Of a stretch of 64,000 nucleotides of DNA, positions 29,511 through 39,244 are shown piece by piece. The position numbers and the translations under genes were made by a program. The DNA comes from Candidatus Latescibacterota bacterium (GTDB lineage: Bacteria > Latescibacterota > UBA2968 > UBA8231), in assembly GCA_964291625.2 (NCBI GenBank), contig OZ220089.1:260542-324541 (forward strand), in the 5' to 3' direction. The notes under the pieces were generated by a model that worked only from the letters and a program-made list of their open reading frames with translations, was not told the DNA's origin and did not search any database. The stretch's first letter is position 1. Every line of letters starts with the position of its first letter.

Positions 29511-30263
29511 TCAGCCGGCCGTCTCGAGCTCGAGACGACCGTCGCGGAAGATCCGGCCGATGTCGCGCTGGAATCGGCAGTTGATCCGTACCGTCTCCAC
29601 GGGCTCGTTGCGGTGGTCGAACCGCAACACGGCGTCGTGGATGACGACTTCGACTTCGCTCACGTCGTGGTGGAGAGCGGGGAAGATGAGGAACCCCTCC
29701 ACCTCCTGGCCGACGAAGACCTCCTCGTTCTTGTAGAGCGTTCGCCGCAGCAGATCGAGGCGCTCCTGGTACCGGGCGTACTCGTTGCCGCGGAAGCCGG
29801 TGGCGTAGGCCCGGTAATAGGTGTCGAGTTGCTGCAGCTGCAGGCTCCAGTACTCCGAGCCGCTCCCCGAGCGCAGGACGATGCGCGCGGGATCGATCTT
29901 GACCTTGGGATAGCGGTGGTTGGCGACCCGGAGGTGGAAGGTGGTGAACCGGGAGCGCTCGGCGTCGCCCTCCCAGAAGCGGGTGTCGCCGAAGGTGTAG
30001 GGGTTGGTCGACTGCGGACCGGAGACCGAATGGGGGAGGAACTGGCGGTTGAGATCGTCATCTGTGAGGGCCTGAAGCTCGACTCGGAAATCCCCTTGGA
30101 CGAAGGCGACGCCGCCTTGATCCGCCACCGTGCTCCCCAGCGGCTGCTGCAGGGAAGGCTGCAGGGGGCTGGCGTAATGATAGTAACCGCAGCCGGAGGC
30201 GCCACACAACCCCAGCAAGGCCGTAAGCCAGAGCGCACGTCGAAAGCGGGGGCATGGAATCAT
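29511..30263 (-). CDS. hypothetical lipoprotein (250 aa)
   Basis: ORF 29511..30263. Lipobox LLGLCGASGCG. No recognised domain. Normal composition rich in Y/F/R/E. Confidence 0.6.
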   Translation of the reverse strand: MIPCPRFRRALWLTALLGLCGASGCGYYHYASPLQPSLQQPLGSTVADQGGVAFVQGDFRVELQALTDDDLNRQFLPHSVSGPQSTNPYTFGDTRFWEGDAERSRFTTFHLRVANHRYPKVKIDPARIVLRSGSGSEYWSLQLQQLDTYYRAYATGFRGNEYARYQERLDLLRRTLYKNEEVFVGQEVEGFLIFPALHHDVSEVEVVIHDAVLRFDHRNEPVETVRINCRFQRDIGRIFRDGRLELETAG

Positions 30264-30296
30264 CGGCTGTCCGCGGAGTCCTCTCGGTCGAGGGCC

Positions 30297-31184
30297 TTAA
30301 TATAGTGTTTCGGGCGCGGCAAATGTAGATTTTATCCGGCCCCAGGTCGAGGACCGGACGAGGGTGGGGACCATGGGCGCCAGCCTGAGGTCGGTGAAGC
30401 GGTCGGCCAGCCGGAAGGCGTTGTATCCGCCGGAGAGGGACCACTTGGCGTCGAGCAGCTCCGAGTGCTCGTCGTAGTCGGCGAACTCCAGGTTGAACCC
30501 GATGACGTCGCCGGCGGCCAGCAGCCGGCGGCGGCTGAGGAAGTCGGCCGTCATGTCGACCTCGTCGAAGACGGCCAGACTGAACTCGTAGCTGACGACG
30601 GCCGGCCCCCCCTCGGAGCCCTCCACGGCCATCGCCGCCCGGGTATACGCTCCGTCGGGCTCGGAGTACCATGCGGCGGCGGAGAAGTTCACGAGAAAGT
30701 CCCCGTCCTCGTGAGGCCCTGCCAGCACGAAGTGGCTCGCCTGGGCGCCGTTGCGCTCGAGCTGCTCGCTCTGGCTCAGGTCGCTGAAGTCGGCGTACTG
30801 GCCTCCGGAGTGGTCGCCGTCGACGAAGATCTCCAGATCGTCGTCCTGGAAGATGCGGGTGGTGGCCGTCCCTTGGGGGCGGTCGACCTGGTGGATGTCG
30901 TCGCGGACCTGGGCGGCGAGGTAGATCCGATTGGTGTGCGGGCTCCAGCCGATCCATACCAGGATGTCCAGATCCTCGGCGTCGGCAGGAGCTTCATCCA
31001 CGAGATCGACGAAGTCCTCCGTCGTCAGCGTCGCCCGGCCGGCCTGCGCCCAGTCCCCCAGCTGGCCGTCCACCTCGGGGGCCGCGCCCTCCGGGAACTG
31101 GAGGGCCGCCACCTCCCGGCCTTCGGGCAGGTGGCCGCTGGCCGACGACGCGGCCAGCAGGACGGCCAGACAGAGGGCTCGCAT
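30297..31184 (-). CDS. secreted carbohydrate-binding-family-9-like (CBM9/DOMON-like) protein
   Basis: Real part of ORF 30297..31559. ATG at 31184 (MRALCLAVLLAASSASG) or at 31220. Pattern EVDGQLGDWAQAG ... RIYLAAQVRDDI ... FQDDDLEIFVDGDHSGG resembles CBM9-like modules. Confidence 0.55.
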   Translation of the reverse strand: MRALCLAVLLAASSASGHLPEGREVAALQFPEGAAPEVDGQLGDWAQAGRATLTTEDFVDLVDEAPADAEDLDILVWIGWSPHTNRIYLAAQVRDDIHQVDRPQGTATTRIFQDDDLEIFVDGDHSGGQYADFSDLSQSEQLERNGAQASHFVLAGPHEDGDFLVNFSAAAWYSEPDGAYTRAAMAVEGSEGGPAVVSYEFSLAVFDEVDMTADFLSRRRLLAAGDVIGFNLEFADYDEHSELLDAKWSLSGGYNAFRLADRFTDLRLAPMVPTLVRSSTWGRIKSTFAAPETLY

Positions 31185-31426
31185 GCCGGCCGGAGCCGAG
31201 TTGTGGCGCGCGCAGGTCATGGTCGATGCCGGCGGCTGCCCACTGGAGAGGATATCCAGTCGAGGGGGATGATCGCGGATCGGTCGCGCGTAAGATAGCC
31301 CCCTGCCGGGGGCCGGCAACCGGCTTCGGCCGCACCGGCCGGACGCTCCGCGGCCCCGTCCCGCGACGTGCCCCGGGTATGGGTGTCTTGCCCCTCTGCG
31401 GCGCCTCCTTAGGTTCGGTCGGACCG

Positions 31427-32911
31427 ATGATTCGACGATCGATCCTCCCCCTGGCGCTGGCGCTCTGCCTGGGGTGCGGCCCCTCGCCGCAGCCGCCCGC
31501 AGAAGCCGCCGCCGCCGAGCGCCACCTGGCGGAGGGCCGCTACGGCGAGGCCCTGGCACTCCTGCGGCAGCAGCTCGCGTCGGGGGACCTCCCTCGAGTG
31601 CACGCCGGCCTCGGGAACGCTCATGCCCGCCTCGGGCGCCTGGACTCCGCCGCCGCCCACTACCAGGCCAGCCTCTCCCTCGATCCGCGGCCGGTGGAGG
31701 TCCACCACAACCTCGGCGTCGTGCTGGCCGACCTCGGGCGCTTCGACGAAGCCGTGGCCGCCCTCGAGCGCGCCGTCGACCTGGACCCTGGATTCGCGCC
31801 CTCCCACCTGACCCTCGGGCTCTTCCGCAGCAAGGTCGGCGACTACAAGGGCGCCGAAGCCGCTTTCCGAGCGGCCGCCGATGCCGGAGACCCTTCCGCG
31901 CACCGGCACCTCGGCGGGCTCTACGTCCGGCTCGGCCGCTACGACGAAGCCGACCGCGCCTTGGAGCAGGCCCTGAAGGCGAACCCCCGCGACGCCGAGA
32001 GCCACCGCCTGCGGGCGGTCTCGCTGCGGTCCCGCGGCGACCTGGAGGGGGCCGCGGCCTCCTTCTCGCGCGCCGTGGAGCTGGCCCCCGACGACCACGA
32101 GGCGCTCTTCGGCCTGGCCAACGTGAGGATCGCCTCGGGCGACACCGAGGGCGGCCGTCGCCTGCTGGAACGGTACGAGCAGCTGCGCCAGGGCGCCGGC
32201 GAGGTCGAGCACCTGCGCCGCCTCCTGGATGGGCGCCCCGGGGACGTGGAGGCGCGGATGGCCCTCGCCGGGAGGCTCCTGCGGGACGGCCTCGAGCCGG
32301 AGGCGGCGAGACAGTACGAGGTGGTGCTGGCCTACGACGCCGGGCAGGTCGAGGCGCGGCTGCGCCTCGGGCAGCTGTACCGAGACCGGGGGGACACGCT
32401 CCGGGCCCTCCAGGCGCTGTCCGCCGCCCCCGTCGAGGACGCGCGCCTGGCCTTCTTCCTCGGCTCCCTGCAGCTGATGCACGGCGACCTGGAGGCGGGC
32501 GCCGCCACCCTCGAGCGCGCCGCTGTCCTGGACCCCGGCCGCGGGGAGGTCCTGAACAACCTCGGCAACGTCCGCCTGATGCAGGGGAACCCCGAGGCGG
32601 CGGCCGCCGCCTTCCGCCGGGCCCTCGCCGCTGCCGCGCCGTCGGCGCAGGCCGCCCTCAACCTGGGAACCCTCTGGGTCCAGGCCGGGCGAGAGGACAG
32701 CGCCGCCGCCTGCTACCGGCTGGCCCTGGGAATCGACCCGGACCTGGCCGCCGCCCATCTCGCCCTCGCCCGCCTGCACGACCGCGGCGGCCGCCGCGGC
32801 GAGGCCGCCGCCTCGTACGAACGTCTGCTCGCGGCCTCCCCGGACCCGGCCCTGCGGGAGGAGGCCCGCGTATACCTCCGCCGCTGGAGAGAGCGGTCCG
32901 GGGGCGGCTGA
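31427..32911 (+). CDS. TPR-repeat lipoprotein
   Basis: ATG at 31427 within ORF 31226..32911. Lipobox LALALCLGCG, then about 10 TPR units (e.g. HHNLGVVLADLGRFDEAVAALERAVDLDPGFA). Confidence 0.8.
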   Translation: MIRRSILPLALALCLGCGPSPQPPAEAAAAERHLAEGRYGEALALLRQQLASGDLPRVHAGLGNAHARLGRLDSAAAHYQASLSLDPRPVEVHHNLGVVLADLGRFDEAVAALERAVDLDPGFAPSHLTLGLFRSKVGDYKGAEAAFRAAADAGDPSAHRHLGGLYVRLGRYDEADRALEQALKANPRDAESHRLRAVSLRSRGDLEGAAASFSRAVELAPDDHEALFGLANVRIASGDTEGGRRLLERYEQLRQGAGEVEHLRRLLDGRPGDVEARMALAGRLLRDGLEPEAARQYEVVLAYDAGQVEARLRLGQLYRDRGDTLRALQALSAAPVEDARLAFFLGSLQLMHGDLEAGAATLERAAVLDPGRGEVLNNLGNVRLMQGNPEAAAAAFRRALAAAAPSAQAALNLGTLWVQAGREDSAAACYRLALGIDPDLAAAHLALARLHDRGGRRGEAAASYERLLAASPDPALREEARVYLRRWRERSGGG

Positions 32912-32918
32912 CGCTGAC

Positions 32919-34655
32919 GTGACACCCTGGACCCTCGTGGCCCTGGCCGCCGCCCTGGCGGGCTGCCGGCCGGAGGCGCCCCCCGGGGCCGCCGGGCCCG
33001 CGGAGGGGCCGCCGCCCGCGGGATTCGCCGTCCGCTTCGTCGACGCGGCCGCCGAGGTCGGCCTCGACGCCGCCCACGTGAGCGGCTTCAGCGAGGCGCG
33101 GTTCTTCCCCGAGACCATGGGCGGCGGCGGCCTGTTGTGGGACTACGACCGCGACGGCTGGCTGGACGTGTACCTCGTCAACGGCAGACCCCTCGCCCCC
33201 GGCGACGACGGCCCCCCCGTCGGCAACCGGCTGTTCCGCGGCCTCGGGGACGGCACCTTCGCGGAGACGACCTCCGCGGCGGGTGTGGGCCACCGGGGCT
33301 ACGGCAACGGCTGCGTCGCCGGCGATCTCGACGGCGACGGCGACGGCGATCTCTACGTCACCAACTACGGCGCCGATGTGCTCTTCCGGAACGACGACGG
33401 CGCCTTTGGCGACATCACCCTCGCCGCCGGCCTCGGAGACCCGGGCTGGGGCACGGGGTGCGCCGTCCTCGATCACGACCTCGACGGCGACCTGGACCTC
33501 TACGTGGCGCGCTACGTCGACTACGAGCTGGCCGACGCCGCGACGGAGACGGTCCCGTACCTCTCCCGCTCCGAGGGCGCCGGACCGGGAGGGCCGGGAT
33601 ACCCCCATCCCGACAACTTCGACGGCCTCGGCGACCTGCTGCTGCGCAACGACGGCGGCCCGGGTCCGGTCTTCACCGACGTGTCGGCCGCCGCCGGCGT
33701 CCACCTGGCCGGCGGCAAGGGCCTGGGCGTGGTCACCGCGGACGTGGACGGCGACGGCTGGACGGACCTGTACGTGGCCAACGACGCGACGCCGAACTAC
33801 CTCTTCATCAATCGCCGGGACGGGACCTTCGAGGAGCGGGCCGCCCGCTCCGGGGTCGCCTACGGCGAGAGCGGCCTGCCGGAGGCGGGCATGGGGGTCG
33901 ACGCCGCCGACTACGACGGCGACGGCCGCCTCGACCTCACGGTGACCAACTTCCAGGGAGAGCCGAACAGCCTCTTCCGCAACCAGGGGGACGGGTCCTA
34001 CTTCCTGCCCGAGGCGTACGCCTCGGGCACCGGCGCCGTCACGGTCCCCGCCCTGGCCTTCGGCACCAACTGGGTCGACGTGGACGGCGACGGCCGGCTG
34101 GACCTGTTCGCGGCCAACGGCCACGTCCTCGACAACGTGCGCTCCTTCGACCGCTCGACGACCTACCGCCAGCGCAACTTCCTGTTTCACAACCGCGGGC
34201 CGGGGGCCTACGGCAACACCCTCTTCGCCGACGTCACCTCCATCGCCGGCCCGGGCCTGGCCCAGGAGCGCGTGAGCCGCGGCTCGGCCGCCGGCGACCT
34301 GGACAACGACGGCGACCCGGACCTCCTGGTGATCAACCTCGGGGACCGGGTGTCGTTGCTGCGCAACGAGGGCGGCAACGGCAACGGCTGGCTGTCGGTG
34401 CGCCTGCGGCGGGCCTCCTCCGGCGGCGGCGAGGGCGCCCGGCTGCGACTGCACTCGCCGTCGGGAACACAGTGGCGGGAGGTCAGCAGCGGCCGCAGCT
34501 ACCTGTCCCAGAGCGATCCCCGGGTGCTCTTCGGCCTCGGGCCGGACAGCCGGGTGGACAGCCTGGAGGTCTGGTGGCCGGGCGGGGCCCGCGAGGTCTA
34601 CCGGGACCTGGAGGCGGGCCGGTTCCTCGACCTGGTCGAGAACGGGGCCCGCTGA
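32919..34655 (+). CDS. CRTAC1-family lipoprotein (FG-GAP/VCBS repeats + ASPIC/UnbV domain)
   Basis: ORF 32919..34655. Lipobox LAAALAGC. Repeats DYDRDGWLDVYLVN, DLDGDGDGDLYVTN, DHDLDGDLDLYVAR, DVDGDGWTDLYVAN, DYDGDGRLDLTVTN, DLDNDGDPDLLVIN. UnbV-like end RSYLSQSDPRVLFGLG. Paralog of 20852..22573. Confidence 0.8.
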   Translation: MTPWTLVALAAALAGCRPEAPPGAAGPAEGPPPAGFAVRFVDAAAEVGLDAAHVSGFSEARFFPETMGGGGLLWDYDRDGWLDVYLVNGRPLAPGDDGPPVGNRLFRGLGDGTFAETTSAAGVGHRGYGNGCVAGDLDGDGDGDLYVTNYGADVLFRNDDGAFGDITLAAGLGDPGWGTGCAVLDHDLDGDLDLYVARYVDYELADAATETVPYLSRSEGAGPGGPGYPHPDNFDGLGDLLLRNDGGPGPVFTDVSAAAGVHLAGGKGLGVVTADVDGDGWTDLYVANDATPNYLFINRRDGTFEERAARSGVAYGESGLPEAGMGVDAADYDGDGRLDLTVTNFQGEPNSLFRNQGDGSYFLPEAYASGTGAVTVPALAFGTNWVDVDGDGRLDLFAANGHVLDNVRSFDRSTTYRQRNFLFHNRGPGAYGNTLFADVTSIAGPGLAQERVSRGSAAGDLDNDGDPDLLVINLGDRVSLLRNEGGNGNGWLSVRLRRASSGGGEGARLRLHSPSGTQWREVSSGRSYLSQSDPRVLFGLGPDSRVDSLEVWWPGGAREVYRDLEAGRFLDLVENGAR

Positions 34656-34664
34656 ACTCTCCCG

Positions 34665-37283
34665 CTACGGCTCTATGCCCGCGTAGATGGTGATGAAGCC
34701 TCGCGTCCGGGTCTTCACCGGCTCGAACCGGAGGTCGCGGCGGCTGACCTCGAAACCGAGGGTGGTGGTCAGCAGGTAGCCCTGGTAGTCGGACAGGTTC
34801 ATGATCTGCACCGTCGTCGTCAGCCCCCTGTAGGAGGGGCTGGCCCCGGGGGGCACCGGGTCCCGCAGCTGGTTGAAGACCTCGTACTCCACGCCCCCTT
34901 CGACGAAGCTCTTCTGCATGATCGGGTGGCGGAGGACGATCATGAAGAGCTCGGTCAACTCCTGGCGGCGCGACTCTTCCCGGGCCACCGGGGCCGAGCG
35001 CGACCACTCGCTCTTCCACCGGGGTGTGACGAGCGTCTGCCCGAGGCTCCAGCTGTAGTGGGCCTTGTTGATCACCCCGAGGAACCAGGACGACCGGCGC
35101 TGGCCCCGCAGCTCCAGGTCGAGGTCGTCGTCGACCTGCCGCCACCAGGTCCACTTCACCTTGTTGTCCAGGGAGAGATCGCCCCTCCGGTGCTGCCAGC
35201 CCGCCCAGGTCGTGTTCACCCAGGTGTCCTGCGCCGCCAGCGGGTCGAGGACGGGGAAGAGATCCCCCCGGGCGTTGGGCAGCTGCACCCACTGCAGCAG
35301 GTCGTCGCGGATCGTGTCCCGGACCCGGCGCAGGTCCTGGAAGAGACGCAGACGCCCCCGGGCGGCGGTGTTCCAGTCGACGGCGAGCTGTCCGTAGTTG
35401 GCCCGGTTGTGGCGGTCGTCGGAGATCTGCTCCACCTCCATGCGGCCCAGGGTGAGGCGGATGTCGGGCCCGACGTGGAAGCCGCCGTAGAGGTTGAAGC
35501 CCTGCTGGTCGCGCCGGTAGGGGAAGTCGGGCCGCTCGTCGTTCTCGAAGCGGTCCACCGTGCCGTTGTGGTTGGCGTCGACGCCGTAGAGGTACGCCGG
35601 GCGGTCGGCGAAGTAGCGCAGGAAGGGCTCCTCCCAGTCGGGGAGCAGGTTCTGGCGCTCCTCGTTGTCGTTCTGGTTGAAGTCCCAGATGCGGTCGTTG
35701 TTCTCGTCGAGCCCCGGGAAGACGTCCTCGTCCCCCGCGCTCGAGCCCTTGCGGCGCCAGTCCGGAGCCCTGTCGTAGTCGTCGTTGTCCTCGACGAACT
35801 CGTAGATCTCGAAGAGGTTGTCGTAGTCCGGCACCGAGGTCTCCTTCTCCACGGTGGCGAAGGAGGTGGAGTACCCGGGGTCCATGCCGAAGGCCTCGAG
35901 GAGGCCGAACCACGGGTAGTCCTTGCGGGAGACGTTGAGCAGCCACCCCAGGGACCGGTCCCGGGCGGTCTCGTGGCGCTCCCGGTGCGGGTTGGGGTAC
36001 TTGCGGTAGCGGTGGTTGAGGTTGACCTCGAGGTAGCCGTCGAGCCCGTGGAGGTCCGTCGTCTGCACCGTGAAGCCGGCGATCTGGTTGCCCGTGGGCA
36101 TGCCGTAGTCGAAGCGCAGGACGCGCTGGTTGGAGCCGTCCCTGACGTTGCCCCGGGCCCTGGCGAGGGGCAGAAAGACGACGACGTCGTCGGCGTTGAC
36201 CTGGCGGTCGGAGGCGATGTCGATGCGGTAGTCGTTGGCCACCACCAGCTCGACCTCGACGCGCTCGATCTCCGTCGGGTCGGGTCCCGCGTAGGTGCGG
36301 TCGCCGAAGTCGTAGGTGACGACGATCTCGTCGCCGTCCGCCGCCAGGAACCCGGCCCGCTGCAGGCCGCCCTCCACGAGGGGGCGGAAGCCGATCTCGG
36401 AGGCGCGGACGGTGCCGCCGTCGAGGTCGTGGATCCGCAGGTCCGAGGAGAACAGGGCGCCCCCGGAGCCGTCGCCGGGAGAGTCGTCGGAGATGCGCAC
36501 CTGGATGCGGTTGACGGTGCGGAAGTTCTGGCCCTCCGAGAGCACGCCGGAGATGATGTCGCTACCGAAGCCGTCGAGCTGGGTGACCGAGTGGTGGGCG
36601 TTGACGTAGGTGCCGCCCACGACCAGGAAGTCGCCGACCTGGGACTCCATCCGGCCCCCGAAGAGGTTGGTGTTGCTGGTGCGCCCCTCCGGCAGGAACG
36701 AGGGCGAGTTGGGCTCGTTGATGCGCGACAGGAGGAGGGTGACGGCGTGCTTGTCGGAGGCGAAGTCCCACTGCAGGCCGTTGAACTCCGGCTTGCTGAA
36801 GGTCATCGGCGTAAGGGTCGTGCGGATGCGGTTGCCCACGGTGACCGCCAGGTGGTACTGCCCCTTGTGATCGGAAGCCACGGCGAGGCTCGAGAACCAG
36901 CCGCTGAAGCGGCCCGTCTTCTCCAGCACGCTGCCGAAGGGCACCGAGTTCTGCTGGCGCCAGTCGTAGACCAGCCAGCCGCGGGTCAGCAGGTTGCCGT
37001 AGGCATCGTACCAGTAGTCCCCCTCCAGCGACGTGGAGACGTAGCGCTGGTAGTTCTGGCGGGCGTAGTTGGAGTACTGCCACTGCTTCCACTGGTACTC
37101 CGCGTAGAGCTCCTGGGGCACGTACCACTTGCGCAGGGCCGGGTCGAGGGCGTCGAAGATCACCCCCGGCCCCGTGGGCTCGAAGCTGACCCGGCCGCCG
37201 CGCTTGACCGTGCCCAGGCGGGCGCCGTAGTCCTGGGCCCCGGCGGCGGCGGCCAGCAGCAGAATCGTCAGTATCCGCACCAT
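34665..37283 (-). CDS. family-B large secreted/outer-membrane protein (872 aa), unknown family, paralog of 39241..41958
   Basis: Real part of ORF 34665..38792. ATG at 37283 (MVRILTILLLAAAAGAQ signal peptide). Aromatic-rich, beta-strand-like composition. Blocks shared with the paralog: VANDYRIDIAS, DYGMPTGN, RYPNP, PDWEEPFLRYFADRP, GVDANHNGTVDRFENDERPDFPYRRDQQGFNLYG. Confidence 0.75.
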   Translation of the reverse strand: MVRILTILLLAAAAGAQDYGARLGTVKRGGRVSFEPTGPGVIFDALDPALRKWYVPQELYAEYQWKQWQYSNYARQNYQRYVSTSLEGDYWYDAYGNLLTRGWLVYDWRQQNSVPFGSVLEKTGRFSGWFSSLAVASDHKGQYHLAVTVGNRIRTTLTPMTFSKPEFNGLQWDFASDKHAVTLLLSRINEPNSPSFLPEGRTSNTNLFGGRMESQVGDFLVVGGTYVNAHHSVTQLDGFGSDIISGVLSEGQNFRTVNRIQVRISDDSPGDGSGGALFSSDLRIHDLDGGTVRASEIGFRPLVEGGLQRAGFLAADGDEIVVTYDFGDRTYAGPDPTEIERVEVELVVANDYRIDIASDRQVNADDVVVFLPLARARGNVRDGSNQRVLRFDYGMPTGNQIAGFTVQTTDLHGLDGYLEVNLNHRYRKYPNPHRERHETARDRSLGWLLNVSRKDYPWFGLLEAFGMDPGYSTSFATVEKETSVPDYDNLFEIYEFVEDNDDYDRAPDWRRKGSSAGDEDVFPGLDENNDRIWDFNQNDNEERQNLLPDWEEPFLRYFADRPAYLYGVDANHNGTVDRFENDERPDFPYRRDQQGFNLYGGFHVGPDIRLTLGRMEVEQISDDRHNRANYGQLAVDWNTAARGRLRLFQDLRRVRDTIRDDLLQWVQLPNARGDLFPVLDPLAAQDTWVNTTWAGWQHRRGDLSLDNKVKWTWWRQVDDDLDLELRGQRRSSWFLGVINKAHYSWSLGQTLVTPRWKSEWSRSAPVAREESRRQELTELFMIVLRHPIMQKSFVEGGVEYEVFNQLRDPVPPGASPSYRGLTTTVQIMNLSDYQGYLLTTTLGFEVSRRDLRFEPVKTRTRGFITIYAGIEP

Positions 37284-37300
37284 CCCCTTCTCCCCGCTCT

Positions 37301-39244
37301 TCAGTAGGCCACGGCGAGAACGCCGTGGTGGTCCTCGGCAAAGGCGTCGGCGTCGATCCGCAGGCGCCAGATATAGGTGCCCGGCGCCAGGGGGCGGCCG
37401 TCGGCGCCGCGGCCGTCCCACAGGTATTCCGAGGGCCCCAGGCCGTGGAGCCCGAGGTCGGCGTGGGCCACGCGCCGGCCGGAGAGATCGAAGAGCTCGA
37501 AGCGCACCGGGGCCCTGTCGGTCAGTTGCAGCAGGTTGAACTGCACCCGCAGTCCGTCGTTGAGGCCGTCTCCGTTGGGCGTCACCACCCGGGTGGAGAG
37601 GGCGATCTGTCCCACGAGGCGGCCGATCTGCTCCTCCGGGATGGCCACGAAGAGACCGGACAGCTCGTCGTGGTCGCCGGGCCCGAAGTCGGCGGCATCG
37701 CCGCCCTCGAGGGGCTGGGGCACGGAGGGATAGCGGCTGTTGATGGCGCGGCCCGAGAACGTGGTCCCGAAGCGGAACACCGGCAGATCGAAGGTGAACT
37801 CGAGGACGTCCCCCGCCCCGGAGATGAGGGGCAGGCCGATGCGGAAGGCGTCGTGCCTCGAGAACAGGACCTCCGCCTCCAGGGCCTCGCCGTTCAACCG
37901 CACCTCGCGCACCCGCTCCATGGGGACCGTCGTGTCCACCTCGAGCTGGTCGAAGCCGAGGACCGCTCCCGCCCGGCCCACGCGGACGGCGTAGCGGAAG
38001 CTGGCCGGCTCCTCGACCTGCGCGAGTCGCGGATAGACCTCCGCCCGCAGGGTGTCGGCGATCGGCGGCCTCAGATAGGGGAAGGAGATGCTGTCCACCT
38101 GCCGGGTGTCGAAGAGGCGGCCGGCGAACTCCAGCCGGAACTGCACCCAGCGGCGCGGGATCGGGGCGGTGACCGGCGCCCCGAGGGCCGCCGACTTCCA
38201 GGGGCTCCAGCTGTCGACGTCCTCGACCACCCCGGCGCGGTCCTGGGACTCGAGGTCCCGGTACTCCTCCGGGGTGATCTCGGCGAGGATGGTGCTCTCC
38301 GGATCCTCCGGGTCGGGCACGCGGCGCCGGAAGACCAGCGGCGTGTCGTCGTTGCCCGTGCGCACTCGCACCCTCATCTCGGAGAACGCGGGCGGCCCGG
38401 CGATCTCCTCCACCCAGCGCAGCGGCCCGATGGAGGCCCGCCCCCCGAGGTCGATCAGGTCCGAGTAGTAGACCCCTCCGTCCAGGTACCCGGTGCCGTA
38501 GACCTCCAGCTCGTCCACCTCGAAGGGCCGCTCGCTCAGGGAGCGCAGCTTCACCTGGCGCACGTAGCGCGGGTCCACGCGCACGTCGACGACGGGGTCG
38601 GTGTTGTTGGTGACCCGCTCCACGAGGATGTCCGGACTGCCGGCGGCGCGATCCGTCTGCCGCGGGTTGATCCACACCTCGTAGGCGCGCAGGTAGTCGT
38701 CGTGGAAGGGCGTCTCCGGCGTGGCCGCGACGGTGTTGCGCGGATAGAAGCGGATGCGCTCGACCCCCACCTGGCGCCCGAAGTCGAGCCACACCCAGAT
38801 CCCGAAACTGGTCAGGGTCGGCTCGAGGAGGGTCGGCTTGCGCTCGAAGGCCACGGTGTGGTCGCCGTTCACCAGCCCCTCCAGCTGCCTGCGCACCAGG
38901 GCGGAGGGCCGGCCGATGGAGTTCGGCGCCCGGATGCGGCCGCCCCTCTCGAGGACGAGGCCGGCGATGTTGGTCTCGCCGTCGTAGTACCGGGGGCTGA
39001 TCCAGCCCGGGCGATGGTCGAACTCGATGTCGGCGCCGGGGGCGTTCCCCGTGTCGAGGACCGCCCGGACGCCGGACTTCACCAGGTGGACGGGGTCTCC
39101 CCGGCCGCCCCCTTCGGCCCAGGAACGGCCGCCGTCCCCGAGGGTGTAGCGGCCGAGCTGGGCCCCGGCGCCGTCGGCGCAGGCCAGGACCGCCAGGGCG
39201 AGGGCCGCGGCGCCGGCCCGCCGGGTGCGGAGGCCGCGGCTCAC
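37301..39244 (-). CDS. family-A secreted protein: F5/8-type-C (discoidin)-like N-domain + FlgD-Ig-like C-terminal domain (647 aa)
   Basis: Real part of ORF 37301..39457. GTG at 39244 overlaps the upstream stop as GTGA (VSRGLRTRRAGAAALALAVLACADGAGAQ). N-domain: LVNGDHTVAF...FGIWVWLDFGRQVGVERIRFYPRN...FEVDELEVYG. C-terminus: VVTPNGDGLNDGLRVQFNLL...FELFDLSGRRV...WDGRGADGRPLAPGTYIWRLRI...GVLAVAY. Confidence 0.75.
   Translation of the reverse strand: MSRGLRTRRAGAAALALAVLACADGAGAQLGRYTLGDGGRSWAEGGGRGDPVHLVKSGVRAVLDTGNAPGADIEFDHRPGWISPRYYDGETNIAGLVLERGGRIRAPNSIGRPSALVRRQLEGLVNGDHTVAFERKPTLLEPTLTSFGIWVWLDFGRQVGVERIRFYPRNTVAATPETPFHDDYLRAYEVWINPRQTDRAAGSPDILVERVTNNTDPVVDVRVDPRYVRQVKLRSLSERPFEVDELEVYGTGYLDGGVYYSDLIDLGGRASIGPLRWVEEIAGPPAFSEMRVRVRTGNDDTPLVFRRRVPDPEDPESTILAEITPEEYRDLESQDRAGVVEDVDSWSPWKSAALGAPVTAPIPRRWVQFRLEFAGRLFDTRQVDSISFPYLRPPIADTLRAEVYPRLAQVEEPASFRYAVRVGRAGAVLGFDQLEVDTTVPMERVREVRLNGEALEAEVLFSRHDAFRIGLPLISGAGDVLEFTFDLPVFRFGTTFSGRAINSRYPSVPQPLEGGDAADFGPGDHDELSGLFVAIPEEQIGRLVGQIALSTRVVTPNGDGLNDGLRVQFNLLQLTDRAPVRFELFDLSGRRVAHADLGLHGLGPSEYLWDGRGADGRPLAPGTYIWRLRIDADAFAEDHHGVLAVAY

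Noticed and set aside
31243-31259. Inverted repeat CTGGAGAGGATATCCAG in the divergent region between the CBM9-like gene and the TPR lipoprotein gene, a possible operator
   Set aside because: The arms are only 5 bp, there is no second copy, and it may lie inside the CBM9-like coding region if the 31220 start is used. It is too weak to call.
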